Origin: Ranitomeya imitator
Taxonomy: Eukaryota
Assembly: GCF_032444005.1 (NCBI RefSeq)
Contig: NC_091285.1
Span: 492,838,001-492,902,000, forward strand
Direction: 5' to 3'
Length of the DNA: 64,000 nucleotides
In this document: positions 50,351 through 63,427 of the stretch, in pieces
Position numbering within the stretch: the stretch's first letter is position 1
How the letters are laid out: every line of letters starts with the position of its first letter
Notes under the pieces: model-generated
The model's database searches: none
The model's input: only the letters and a program-made list of their open reading frames with translations
Told to the model about the DNA's origin: nothing
Position numbers and translations under genes: made by a program

Positions 50351-50639
50351 GCCCCGGCATAATATTCATTATGTAAAATAGGGGGCAGGTCAGTGAGTGA
50401 TCATTGACCTGTCAGAAGCCATGCAAATGAATAGCTAAGCAGAGCACCACATGAAGACCCCCACAGGCCGCCCCGGAGCACGGGCTTATCATTTACTGAA
50501 AATTGAAAATAAATATTAAACAACAAGCACAAAATGGATTCCTTCATGCCAGGTATCATTGTAATGAGTATAACAGCGCCAACCTGACACTGTGTGTAGG
50601 TTACTGTGCACAATCCTGCTCACATGTTCCCTTTAAGTA

Positions 50640-52283
50640 CAGTTATATGAAAAAGTTTGGACACCCCTATTAATCTTAAGCTTAATGTTTTCTAAAAATT
50701 GTTTTTTTTTGCAACAGTTATTTCAGTTTCATATATCTAATAACTGTTGGACACAGTAATCTTTCTGCCTTGAAATTAGGTTTATTGTACTAACAGAAAA
50801 TGTGCAATCTGCATTCAAACAAAATTTGACAGGTGTATAAGTATGGGCACCCCACCAGAAAAGTGACATTAATATTTAGTAGATCCTCCTTTTGCAAAAA
50901 TAACAGCCTCTAGTCGCTTCCTGTAGCTTTTAATGAGTTCCTGGATCCTGGATGAAGGTATTTTTGACCATTCCTCTTTACAAAACAATTCCAGTTCAGT
51001 TAAGTTTGATGGTCGCCGAGCATGGACAGCCCTCTTCAAATGATCCCACAGATGTTCAATGATATTCAGGTCTGGGGACTGGAACAGAACAGTGTAATTG
51101 TTCCTCTGCATGAATGCCTGAGTAGATTTGGAGCGGTGTTTTGGATCATTGTCTTGCTGAAAGATCCATCCGTTGCGTAACTTCAACTTTGTCACTGATT
51201 CATGAACATTATTATCACCAATCTGCTGATACTGAGAGGAATCCATGCGTTCCTCAACTTTAACAAGATTCACGGTGGCGGCATTGGCCACACAGCCCCA
51301 AAGCATGATGGAACCTCGACCAAATTTTACTGTGGGTAGCAAGTGTTTTTTTTGGAATGCTGTGTTTTTTGGCCGCCATGCATAACGCCTTTTTGTATGA
51401 CCAAACAACTCAATCTTGGTTTCATCAGTCCACAGGACCTTCTTCCAAAAAGAAATTGGCTTATCCAAATGTGCTTTTGCATACCTCAGCCGACTCTGTT
51501 TGTGGCGTGCTTGCAGAAACGTCTTCTTTCGCATCACTCTCCCATACAGCTTCTCCTTGTGCAAAGTGCGTTGTATAGTTGACCGATGCACAGTGACACC
51601 ATCTGCAGAAAGTTGATGCTGCAGCTCTCTGGAGGTGGTCTGAGGTTTGTCCTTGACTGATCTCACCATTCTTCTTCTCTGCCTTTCTGATGTTTTTCTT
51701 GGCCTGCCACTTCTGGCCTTAACAAGAACTGTACCTGTGTTCTTCCATGCCCTTACTGTGTTCCTCACAGTGGAAATTGACAGGTTAAATCTCTGAGACA
51801 GCTTTTTGTATCCTTCCCCTGAACAACTATGTTGAATAATCTTTGTTTTCAGATCATTAGAAAGTTGTTTTGAGGAGCCCATGATGCCACTCTTCAGAGG
51901 AGATTCAAACAGGAGAACAACTTGCAAGTGGCCACTTTAAGTAGCTTTTCTCATGATTGCATACACCTGGCTATGAAGTTCAAAGATCAATGAGGTTAGA
52001 AAACAAAAAAAAAGTGCTTTAGTAAGTCAGTAAAAAGTAGGTAGAAGTATTTAAAACAAGAAAATGATAAGGGTGCCCATACTAATGCACCTGTCAAATT
52101 TAGTTTGAATGCAGATTGCACATTTTCTGTTAGTACAATAAACCTCATTTCAAGGCAGAAACATTACTGTGTCCAACAGTTATTAGATATATGAAACTGA
52201 AATAGCTGTTGCAAAAAAACCAATTTTTTATAAAACATTAAGCTTAAGATTAATAGGCGTGCCCAAACTTTTTCATATAACTG
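50640..52283 (-). mobile_element. Full-length Tc1 transposon
   Basis: TA-flanked TIRs cagttatatgaaaaagtttgg. Confidence 0.95.
50869..51882 (-). CDS. Tc1 transposase, uninterrupted frame but with a 3-codon deletion in the DDE domain
   Basis: MGSSKQLSNDLKTKII...WTDETK...FQQDND...YTVLFQSPDLNIIE. D-to-E spacing counted as 31 rather than 34. Confidence 0.85.
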   Translation of the reverse strand: MGSSKQLSNDLKTKIIQHSCSGEGYKKLSQRFNLSISTVRNTVRAWKNTGTVLVKARSGRPRKTSERQRRRMVRSVKDKPQTTSRELQHQLSADGVTVHRSTIQRTLHKEKLYGRVMRKKTFLQARHKQSRLRYAKAHLDKPISFWKKVLWTDETKIELFGHTKRRYAWRPKNTAFQKKHLLPTVKFGRGSIMLWGCVANAATVNLVKVEERMDSSQYQQIGDNNVHESVTKLKLRNGWIFQQDNDPKHRSKSTQAFMQRNNYTVLFQSPDLNIIEHLWDHLKRAVHARRPSNLTELELFCKEEWSKIPSSRIQELIKSYRKRLEAVIFAKGGSTKY

Positions 52284-52439
52284 TATATAGCAAGGACATG
52301 TGTATATAGCATATAGTAAGGTGCTGTGTATATTTATAGTGTAGATACATGTATATAATATGGTGCTGTGTGTATTAGATGGTGTCAACTCTATATACAC
52401 AGTCACATCTCTACATTATATAATTATAATATACACACC

Positions 52440-52563
52440 TGTTATGAACTGGTGGTTTAGGAGCAACATGGGACGAGCTCTGAAGGAGGTGGTACCTGTA
52501 CTGACCACAGTCCCTAAGCTCAACACAACACTAGAAGTAGCCGTGGGATGCTCCTGTCACTCC
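52440..52563 (-). mobile_element. Truncated end of an LTR related to the Gypsy LTR family
   Basis: tgttatgaactggtggtttaggagc...cactagaagtagccgtgg parallels the sequence from 18329 onward. Confidence 0.65.
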
Positions 52564-55101
52564 TGTTACCAATAAAAATGTCAACTCGTCCCGCAAAAAA
52601 CAAGACCTCACATGACTCTGTGGACCAAAATATGGAAAAATTATAGGTCTCAAAATGTGAAGACGCAAAAACTTTTTTGCTATAAAAAGCGTCTTTTAGT
52701 GTGTGACAGCTGCCAATCATAAAAATCCGGTATAAAAACGCTATAAAAGTAAATCAAACCCCCCTTCATCACCCCCTTAGTTAGGGAAAAATAATAAAAT
52801 TAAAAAAAATGTATTTATTTCCATTTTCCCGTTAGGGTTAGGGTAAGGGTTAGGGCTAGGGTTAGGGTTGGGGCTAGGGTTGGAGCTAAAGTCAGGGTTA
52901 ACGTTGGGGCTAAAGTAAGGGTTAGGGTTGGAGCTAAAGTTAGGGTTAGGGTTGGGGCTAAAGTTAGGGTTAGGGTTGGGGCTAAAGTTAGGGTTAGGGT
53001 TGGGGCTAAAGTTAGGGTTAGGGTTTGGATTACATTTACGGTTGGGATTAGGGTTTGGATTAGAGTTAGGGGTGTGTCAGGGTTAGGGGTGTGGTTAGGG
53101 TTACTGTTGGGATTAGGGTTAGGGGTATGTTTGGATTAGGGTTTCAGTTAGAAATGGGGGTTTCCACTGTTTAGGCATATCAGGGGCTCTCCAAATGCGG
53201 CATGGCGTCTGATCTCAATTCCAGCCAATTCTGCGTTGAAAAGTAAAACAGTGCTCCTTCCCTTCCGAGCTCTCCCGTGCGCCCAAACAGGTGTTTACCC
53301 CCACATATGGGGTATCAGCGTACTCGGGACACATTGGAAAACAACTTTTGGGGTCCAAGTTCTCTTGTTACCCTTGGGAAAATAAAAATTTGGGGGGCTA
53401 AAAATCATTTTTGTGGGAAAAAAAAGATTTTTTATTTTCATGGCTCTGCGTTGTAAACTGTAGTGAAACACTTGGGGGTTCAAAGTTCTCACAACACATC
53501 TAGATAAGTTCCTTGGGAGGTCTAGTTTCCAATATGGGGTCATTTGTGGGGGGTTTGTACTGTTTGGGTACATCAGGGGCTCTGCAAATGCAACATGATG
53601 CCTGCAGACCAATCCATCTAAATCTGCATTCCAAATGGCACTCCTTCCCTTCCGTGCTCTGCCATGCACCCAAACAGTGGTTCCCCCCCACATATGGGGT
53701 ATCAGCGTACTCAGGACAAATTGTACAACAACTTTTGGGGTCCAATTTATCCTGTTACCCTTGTTAAAATTAAAAACTGGGGGATAAAAAATCATTTTTG
53801 TGAAAAAAAAAAAGAATTTTTATTTTCACGGCTCTGCATTATAAACTGTAGTGAAACACTTGGGGGTTCAAATCTCTCAAAACACATATAGATAAGTTCC
53901 TTAGAGGGTCTGCTTTCCAAAATGGTGTCACTTGTGGGGGGTTTCAATGTTTAGGCACATCAGGGGCTCTCCAAACGCAACATGGCGTCCCATCTCAATT
54001 CCAGTCAATTTTGCATTGAAAAGTCAAATGGCGCTCATTCCCTTCCGAGCTCTGCCATGCGCCCAAACAGTGGTTTACACCCACATATGGGGTATCAGCG
54101 TATTCAGGACAAATTGCACAACAGCTTTTGGGGTCCAATTTCTTCTCTTACCTTTGGGAAAATAAAAAATTGGGGGCGAAAAGATCATTTTTGTGAAAAA
54201 ATATGATGTTTTATTTTTACGGCTCTGCATTATAAACTTCTGTGAAGCACTTGGTGGGTCAAAGTGCTCACCACACATCTAGATAAGTTCCTTAGGGGGT
54301 CTACTTTACAAAATGGTGTCACTTGTGGGGGGTTTCAATATTTAGGCACATCAGGGGCTCTCCAAACGCAACATATGGGGTATCGGCGTACTCAGGACAA
54401 ATTGTACAACAACTTTTGGGGTCCATTTTCTCCTGTTACCCTTGGTAAAATAAAACAAATTGGAGCTGAAGTAAATTGTTTATGAAAAAAAGTTAAATGT
54501 TCATTTTTATTTAAACATTCCAAAAATTCCTGTGAAACACCTGAAGGGTTAATAAACTTATTGAATGTGGTTTTGAGCACCTTGAGGGGTGCAGTTTTTA
54601 GAATAGTGTCACACTTGGGTATTTTCTATCATATAGACCCCTCAAAATGACTTCAAATGTCATGTAGTCCCTAAAAAATATGGTGTTGTAAAAATGAGAA
54701 ATTGCTGGTCAACTTTTAACCCTTATAACTCCTTAACAAAAAAAATGTTGGTTCCAAAATTGTGCTGATGTATAGTAGACATGTGGGAAATGTTACTTAT
54801 TAATTATTTTGTGTGACATATCTCTGTGATTTAAGGGCATAAAAATTCAAATTTGGAAAATTGCAAAATTTTCAAAATTTTTCGCCAAATTTCCGTTTTT
54901 TTTCACAAATAAACGCACGTTATATCGAAGAAATTTTACAACTATCATGAAGTACAATATATCACGAGAAAACAGTGTCAGAATCGCCAAGATCCGTTGA
55001 AGCGTTCCAGAGTTATAACCTCATAAAGGGACAGTGGTCAGAATTGTAAAAATTGGCCCGGTCATTAACGTGCAAACCACCCTCGGGGCTTAAGGGGTTA
55101 A
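52564..55101. mobile_element. piggyBac-like non-autonomous element, copy 1 (left end missing)
   Basis: Ends ...ggggcttaagggg|TTAA; contains a TTAGGG array and ~390-bp internal tandem repeats. Confidence 0.75.
52831..53141 (+). repeat. Degenerate TTAGGG array
   Basis: (TTAGGG)n interspersed with 24-bp units gctaaagttagggttagggttggg. Confidence 0.92.
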
Positions 55102-55413
55102 AGGCTATTTCCATCTTTAACATTTATTGCCTTTCCATGTCTCATGCTATATATTCCTGAAACGTCTCTTTTGTAAAAGGACTCTGAATTGTAAGACCAT
55201 GCAGTGTACAGGATTTTGTAACACATGATTGTTCCTTTAATTTGTATTAATTAAAATGAAAATATTTGAGAATATTCTATTCGGCATGATATATAAATAT
55301 TTACATCTACATATATCTTTGTGTATTACAATAGGTTATAGAGGATATGGGTCTTTCTGTTATCTAGAAATAGAAAATATTACAAAAATGTTCTTTTGTA
55401 TTTTGAAAAATAA

Positions 55414-55740
<327 letters not shown>

Positions 55741-57077
55741 TGACAGAGGAGGGAGGCAGAAAATCTGCAATATTATCTCTGTATCTGCATGCCTTGTGGT
55801 CATCCCATGCACTATACCCCCCAATCTCCCTTTACGTGGCCACAGATCTGCCGCTTTCCCCGGACTGCGATCATTTGGACACGCACGAATCATGGTTCTG
55901 TATGGAGGTCTGACTGGTGAATCAGGTCTTACTATGAGGGAGGATATTAGGAAATACAATGTCACATGTTCTGTTGTTATGGTGTTACGTTATTCAGGCA
56001 GGATACAGAAATAGTAATAACGGGATGATACATTACAGACATGGCCGTTGTTCACGGCTGGTATTCTGCCAAATCACATAAGGACTCCAGCACTACTATT
56101 ATTATTATTACTTAGTGCCAACATAATCCACAGATCTGTAAAAAGATTGTCCTGATTTATATTTCTGCAAGGAAACGCCATATTGTGAAAACATGGTGCG
56201 ATGATCAGAGACTACCAGGCCATACTGTCATAAGACCAAATTCAAATAGTCTAAAAGGCGTACACCCTACAACAAGAATTTATCACCCATCCACAATGCA
56301 AAATAATAAACTCAAATTATTCGAGTCCCCGGTCTTGGAGGAATCTCTGTCAGTCTGTAGATATTCAAGGGAATCTTTTAGTAAGGCCAACGCCAAAACT
56401 GCACATTAGTGCATGTAAGTCTTTGAAATATAAAAGAATCACCTTTATATCTTCTATCTGTTGCTGCATTCATGGGAAATTTTTATTTTATTAGCGTTGG
56501 GAATGACATAGCACTTAACTAGCCCCTGCCCAGCACCATCCTCTTTAACCTGATTGATAGTTTACTGTCTAATTTCCATGCCTGAATCATGACATCACAC
56601 AGACAGCGAGCTATCAATCAAGCTAAAGAGGCTGGTGCTGAACATCCTTGGGAAGTAGGGGCTAGTTAAGTGCTCAGTCACACCCAAAGCACTTATCACC
56701 AAAATGCTAATTGTATGGGAATGCAGCAAAAGATTGAAGATATGAAGATGTCCATAGATTTACATTTCAAAGGCCTGCATGCCCTTATGTGACTTTTGGA
56801 GGCTTGATCTTATTGACAGATTCCCTGTAAATGCTGTGTCAGGATGGATGTGTCACCATCGCCTCATTGTGACTTTCAGACAGGCAGCATTTGGAGTGCC
56901 AGTGATCATTATTCCTCTATTTAGTGGGTAGAGGAGAAACGTTGTGGTGACATAAAGTATTATAAACAGCTTAAACAATCTCGGTGGTATTATAATCATG
57001 AGACATGCCAACAAATTTCTATTCTTATACCCCATTTTATCCAACATGGATGAAGTAAGCAGATAATCCATTCTTGA

Positions 57078-57345
57078 TTAAAGGGATTGTTTCATCACAG
57101 TCAGACTGCAGATCACAGGGCGATCAGCTCTTCACCCTGGGTCCTGCTCCCGACGATCCTAACAGACAATTGTGCCAAGGAAAATGCAGAAAGCCAGACA
57201 TTATTTCTACAGTGTAATAGAAACGTGTTGGAAACATTGAACAGTGAATACTGATGAGGTGCAACAGCAAATACAACCTGTGGACTGGTGTAGCACTGTT
57301 TTTAAAGGAAAGCCGTCTTTTTTATATCTTGTACAATCCCTTTAA
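57078..57345. mobile_element. TTAA-flanked T2/Kolobok-type MITE
   Basis: Ends ttaaagggattgt / acaatccctttaa. Confidence 0.75.
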
Positions 57346-58661
57346 TGTCTATTTTTTTTCTATACATAAAATAATTGAATAATAGAACAAAAAATATTCT
57401 ATGAAGGCTCAGACATAAAACAGAAACGCTCTGTATGAGAGACAGAAGGCATGAAGTATTAAAACCGTGTTAGTGGGTGGGAAAAATCCATTTGGGTCCG
57501 TCTAGTCTCCCATTCTTGGTCCCCAAGCTGACATCCTGCAGCCAGTGCCTGATATATGCTGCTGGTGGATCGATCAGCCTTTATCATCTGTCAGGTTCCC
57601 TTTAAGGCCAAGTGATTGAGATGGAGCCATGAATAATCCCTCCATTATTACTAAAATGGCATACATACGGGATTTGTTCTGGGTAGCACTTTCCCATATT
57701 ATCTTCCGAGCTGGAAGATCTCTGACTGTGAGTATTTCCATGTAATGTAGGTCAGCTAGGAATATGTAAACAGCAAAAGCAAATGTAGTAACGTGCAGAT
57801 GATAACAAAGTCATGTGTCCCCGAAAAAGACCTGGTGTCTCACTGCCAAGATAAATGTGATGTAAAGTAGCACTCGAATAGAGGAAGGGTAACTTGTGAT
57901 GTGAAATTCCCAAAACAGGACAAGATCCAATAACAAGCAAACAATTGCATAAGAATAGCAATCTTTATATAGTGCAAACTTATTCCGCATCACTGTACAA
58001 TTCAGAGGATATGTGTGTACAACTTAAAGCTGGTCATGCCCCTTAAACAGTACGTGTATCTCTCGCCACTCCCCCATACACATGAGCGTCCTACTTAACC
58101 AAGTATTATGTGTTCAGTAGGGAGAGAAAGCTGCTGCCAGAGTCTTCTGGCAGCAGCTTATCTTTTGGAGTGTAAAAAGCATCAGCTGGTGGAATTTAAC
58201 GGCCCAACTCTTATATACCCTGAAAGGGAAGAGTCAGGTGGCCCCATACACAGATGGAAGTCCCTCCCCGTCATTGAGATTGATGACTGATTTTATTCCA
58301 GTGTGTATGGGATCCAATAAATCAGCATTATAGAGTAATAAACTAACAACAATTCAAACCATAAAATTTAAGAAACTGCTCATAGAAGGTTACAATCTAA
58401 GGGCATGTTTACTTCATGTTGATATACATATGAATAGCACCCAAATGCCATTTAGACATGACACAAAAGGTAAAGAGCTCATGAGATTTTTTTTAGTTTA
58501 CTTGTGTGATTCGTAACAGTAGCGAAGAAAAGAGGTGTGCGATGATAGGGTCACTAATGCAGGATATAGGGGAAGAAGAGAAGAACCTGGAGATTTCTAC
58601 TGTTATGGGGTCCAGTAAACAAGAGAAGTGCAGGAGGGATGGGGGTCTATTTGGAGACTAA

Positions 58662-58845
58662 GGGCTCATACTCACCTGCGAGAAACTCGGATGTTAATAC
58701 CCGGCGCTGCACCCGGCACTCTGGAGCGGAGCGTCCGGCTGCATGTATTGCTACGTGGCCGGACGCTCCGATCTGAGTGCCGGGTGCCGTGCCGGGTATT
58801 GACATGCGAGGTTCATCTGAGTTTCTCGCAGGTGAGTATGAGCCC
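58662..58845. mobile_element. Palindromic Harbinger-type MITE
   Basis: TIR gggctcatactcacctgcgagaaactc; TAA TSD on both sides. Confidence 0.9.
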
Positions 58846-60649
58846 TAAGAGATCATTTAATAGCAGAAGTTGACAATGTTAACTTTGAAGTACGGTAAGT
58901 GGCCAGGTCTTCAGCCCCTGCGTGTAATAAACCTGCACTTCAGGACTAAAAAAGAGGTAAAAGGTATCAAAAAGTCATTTTTTATTATTGAATGGTAAAG
59001 AGATGAGATTGCATGCATTTCATGAAGTTGAAAATATATTCACTAGGGTTATTCCACCCCAAATAGCATTACAGACTGCGTAGAAGTTGGCATAGAATAT
59101 GCAATGTTGCAATGACCTGATATGCACATATTTCCCTCATGCGTAATAATCCAGGAACGTAAAAATAGAAACTGTTTTGGGCTCCGTTTCTAAGGGTATG
59201 TGCACACGATCAGGAATGGCTCAGTATTTGACGCTGGTGAAATCTGCACCAAGTCTGCATCTGAAGTCACTGGCAAGTCACCTGCGTTTTTTATGCGTTT
59301 TTTTACATCTGTTTTTTATGCATTTTTCCACATGCGTTTTTGATGCTTTTTTCTTTGCATGCGTTTTTTTTATCACTTGAAATAAAGATAATTTAAAGTT
59401 GGCTTCTGTGAAGGAAAAAAAAAGTGATTTCTTGTTTGCAGATATATTAGGGGGTATGTTCCCACAGTCAGTAAATGCTGCGGGTTGGATGCTGCGTACA
59501 TCTGCAGCGTCAAACCCACAGCGGCCAGATGTTACGTAAATTACCCATACACTATCATTAGATGTGGCAAAACCATATTATCTTCCTAGTCACATGCGTA
59601 TTAAGTGGGGGAACGAGGCTTACTACACATGTGTACTAATTTACATAATGGTGAATCTTGTGACAGTCAGAAGTACATGACACAGGCAGTGGGGGAAAGC
59701 ACAGAGAGAGGTGCCCTCCTTTTTAATAAATAAATAATAGCGTGGGGTCCCCCTATACATGTTAACCAGCCAGAGTGAAGCAGACTACTGAGTCTGGTAT
59801 TTCAGGCTGATAAGGATCCAATATCCATGAACCCTACCAGCCTGATAATACCAGGCTGCAGCAGTCTTAGCAAAAATATTGGGATCCCCTCCAAAAAAAT
59901 AGAGTTGGGTCCCCCTATTTTTGCTATCCACACAAGGAAAAAGAAGACAGCTGTGGCTTGGTATTCTCAGGCTGGCATGGCTTATGGATTTTGGCAATCA
60001 CCAGCCTAAAAATAGGAACCCAACCTATAGAGGTGTCTATAAGATGCCTATTTATTACTAATCCTATAGTTGTATGCTAAATAAAGACACAGCCAAAATA
60101 AAATCCTTTAATTAATTGAAATACTGACACAGACTCCTTTAATAGAGCTTAATTAAATCATACTTACTGCATCGCTCTCGTGTAAGAGAATTAAAATAAA
60201 AAAGTAACTATATCCTTACCTGTCAGCCGAGAAGATATACATATTGTCCCACGATGAGTCCAGCTCTGCTACATCTGGGTGCCTTTGGCTGAATGGTGGC
60301 ATTATGCCACCATTGAGCTTGACATCCAGACACAGCGGAGCTTGAAGATGATCACCAGAGATGTCCCCGGCGGTCACATGCACGGCAGTTCTCGGGGTCA
60401 GCTGATTGTGAGAACTTGGCTAGTAACCAGAGATACTGTAACCCCATCCCCTGGCGGTCACGTGCACGGCAGTTCTCGCAATCCGCTCAGCTCATCGCGA
60501 GAACTGCAGCGTAGATGAACGTCCGGCTGTGTCACAAGGTATGACTAGACATGAGCGGTAAGCCGCGTTCCCGCACTTAGGCTATGTGCCCACGTTGCAT
60601 TTTTTAAGCATTTTTGCCACGATTTTCCGCTGCGGAAACGCTGAAGCCT

Positions 60650-63427
60650 TTAATCCCATATGACGTACTATCCTGTCAAGGTGACCTGGGACTTAATTCC
60701 CAGGGATGGGATAGTACGTCATAGCAATCGGCCGCGCTCACGGGGGGAGCGCAGCCTATCGCGGCCCGGTGTGAGCTGAATAACGCAGCTGACATCCAGC
60801 ACTATGTGCCAGGAGCGGTCACAGACCGCGCCGGCACATTAACCCCCAGCACACTGCGATCAAACATGCTCCCTGCGTGCTTCCCTGAGGCCCTCGGTAC
60901 AAGGCGATGTGCTCACCTTGTACCGTTCGTCTCCTCCCTGCAGGCCTCAGATCCAAAATGGCAACGGGGCTGCATCCGGGTCCTGCAGGGAGATGGCTTT
61001 CCAAGCGCCAGCTCAGAGCAAGCGCTGGTAAGCCAGGAGCAGTGCACGTCAGATCGCTGATCTGACATACTGCATTGCAAAGTGTCAGATCAGCGATCTA
61101 ACCTTATAACATGATGTCCCCCCCTGGGGCAATGTTATAAAGTAAAAAAAAAATATTTAGATGTTAAAAAAAGATAAAAAATTCCTAAATAAAAAAATAT
61201 ACATATATATTGTTCCCATAAATACATTCCTTTATCTAAATAATAATAAAAAACAATAAAAGTACACATATTTAGTATCGCCACGTCCGTAACAACCCGA
61301 CCTATAAAAACTGTCCCACTAGTTAACCCCTTCAGTGAACACTGTAAAAAAAAACGAGGCAAAAAACAACACTTTATTATCATACCACAGAACAAAAAGT
61401 GGAATAGCACACGATCAAAAAGACAGATATAAAATAACCATGGTACCGCTGAAAACGTCATCTTGTCCTGCAAAAAACGAGCTGCCATATAGCGTCATCA
61501 GCGAAAAAGTAAAAAAGTTATAGTCCTCAGAATAAAGTGATGCAAAAATAATTATTTTTTCTATAAAATAGTTTTTATCGTATAAAAGCGCCAAAACATA
61601 AAAAGATGATATAAATGAGGTATCGCTGTAATCGTACTGACACGAAGAATAAAACTGCTTTATCCATTTTACCAAACGCGGAACGGTATAAACGTCCCCC
61701 CCCCCCAAAAAAAAAAAAGAAATTCATGAATAGCTGGTTTTTAATCATACTGCCTCACAAAAATCAGAAAAAAAAAGCAATCAAAAAATGTCACGTGCCC
61801 AAAAATGTTACCAATAAAAACGTCAACTCGTCCCGCAAAAAACAAGACCTCACATGACTCTGTGGACCAAAATATGGAAAAATTATAGCTCTCAAAATCT
61901 GGTAACACAAAAAAATTTTTTTGCAATAAAAAGCGTCTTTTAGTGTGTGACAGCTGCCAATCATAAACATCCGCTAAAAAAAACGCTATAAAAGTAAATC
62001 AAACTCCCCTTTATTCCTTTATTTCCATTTTCCCATTAGAGTTAGGGTTAGGGTTGGGGCTAGGGTTAGGGTTTGGATTATACTTACGGTTGGGATTAGG
62101 GTTAGGGGTGTGCTAGGGTTAGGGGTGTGGTTAGGGTTATGGTTGGGATTAGGGTTAAGGGTGTGTTGGAGTTAGGGGTGTGGTTAGGGTTGGGGTTAGG
62201 GGTGTGGCTGGGATTAGGGGTGTGTTTGAATAAGGGTTTCAGTTAGAATTGGGGGTTTCTACTGTTTAGGCACATCAGTGCTCGAGCCAATTCTGCGTTG
62301 AAAAAGTAAAACAGTGCTCCTTCCCTTCCGAGCTCTCCCGTGCGCCCAAACAGTGGTTTACCCCAACATATGGGGTATCAGCGTACTCAGGACAAATTGG
62401 ACAACTTTTGGGGTCCAATTTCTCTTGTTACCCTTGGGAAAATACAAAACTGGGGGCTAAAAAATAATTTTTGTGGAAAAAAAGAATTTTTATTTTCACG
62501 GCTTTGCGTTATAAACTGTAGTGAAACACTTGGGGGTTCAAAGCTCTCATAACACGTATCACTTGTGTGGGGTTTCAATGTTTAGGCACATCAGGGGCTT
62601 CCCAACACAACATGGCATCCCATCTCAATTCCAGCCAATTTTGCATTGAAAAGTCAAATGGCGCTCCTTCCCTTCCGAGCTGTGCCATGCGCCCAAACAG
62701 TGGTTTACCCCCACATATGGGGTATCAGCGTACTCAGGACAACTTGTACAACAACTTTTGGGGTACAATTTCTTCTGGTAACCTTGGGAAAATAAAAAAT
62801 TGGGGGCGAAAAGTTAATATTTGTGAAAAAATATTATTTTTTATTTTTACGCTCTACATTATAAACTTCTGTGAAGCACTTGGTGGGTCAAAGTGCTCAC
62901 CACACATCTAGATAAGTTCCTTAGGTGGTCTACTTTCCACAATGGTGTTACTTGTGGGGGGTTTCAATGTTTAGGCACATTAGTGGCTCTCCAAACGCAA
63001 CATGGCGCCCCATCTCAATTCCAACCAATTTTGCATTGAAAAGTCAAATGGCGCTCCTTCCCTTCCGAGCTCTGCCATGCACCCAAACAGGGGTTACCCC
63101 CACATATGGGGTATTGGGGTACTCATGACAAATTGTACAACAACTTTTATGGTCCATTTTCTCCTATTACCCTTCGTAAAATAAAACAAATTGGAGCTGA
63201 AGTATCGCCACGTCCGTAACAACCCGACCTATAAAACTGTCCCACTAGTTAACCCCTTCTGTGAACACTATCATGAAGTACAATATGTCTCGAGAAAACT
63301 TTGTCAGAATCACCAGGATCCGTTGAAGCGTTCCAGAGTTATAACCTCAAAAAGGGACAGTGGTTAGAATTGTAAAAATTGGCCCGGTCATTAACGTGCA
63401 AACCACCCTCGGGGCTTAAGGGGTTAA
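60650..63427. mobile_element. piggyBac-like non-autonomous element, copy 2
   Basis: Begins TTAAtcccatatgacgtactatcc (palindromic subterminus) and ends ggggcttaagggg|TTAA; colinear with copy 1 from ~61803. Confidence 0.78.
62038..62235 (+). repeat. Degenerate TTAGGG array
   Basis: Same position within the element as 52831-53141, but shorter and with different variant units. Confidence 0.9.

Noticed and set aside
52831-53141. True telomere or chromosome fusion site
   Set aside because: The array is short, degenerate, single-orientation, and embedded at the same position in two copies of a mobile element.
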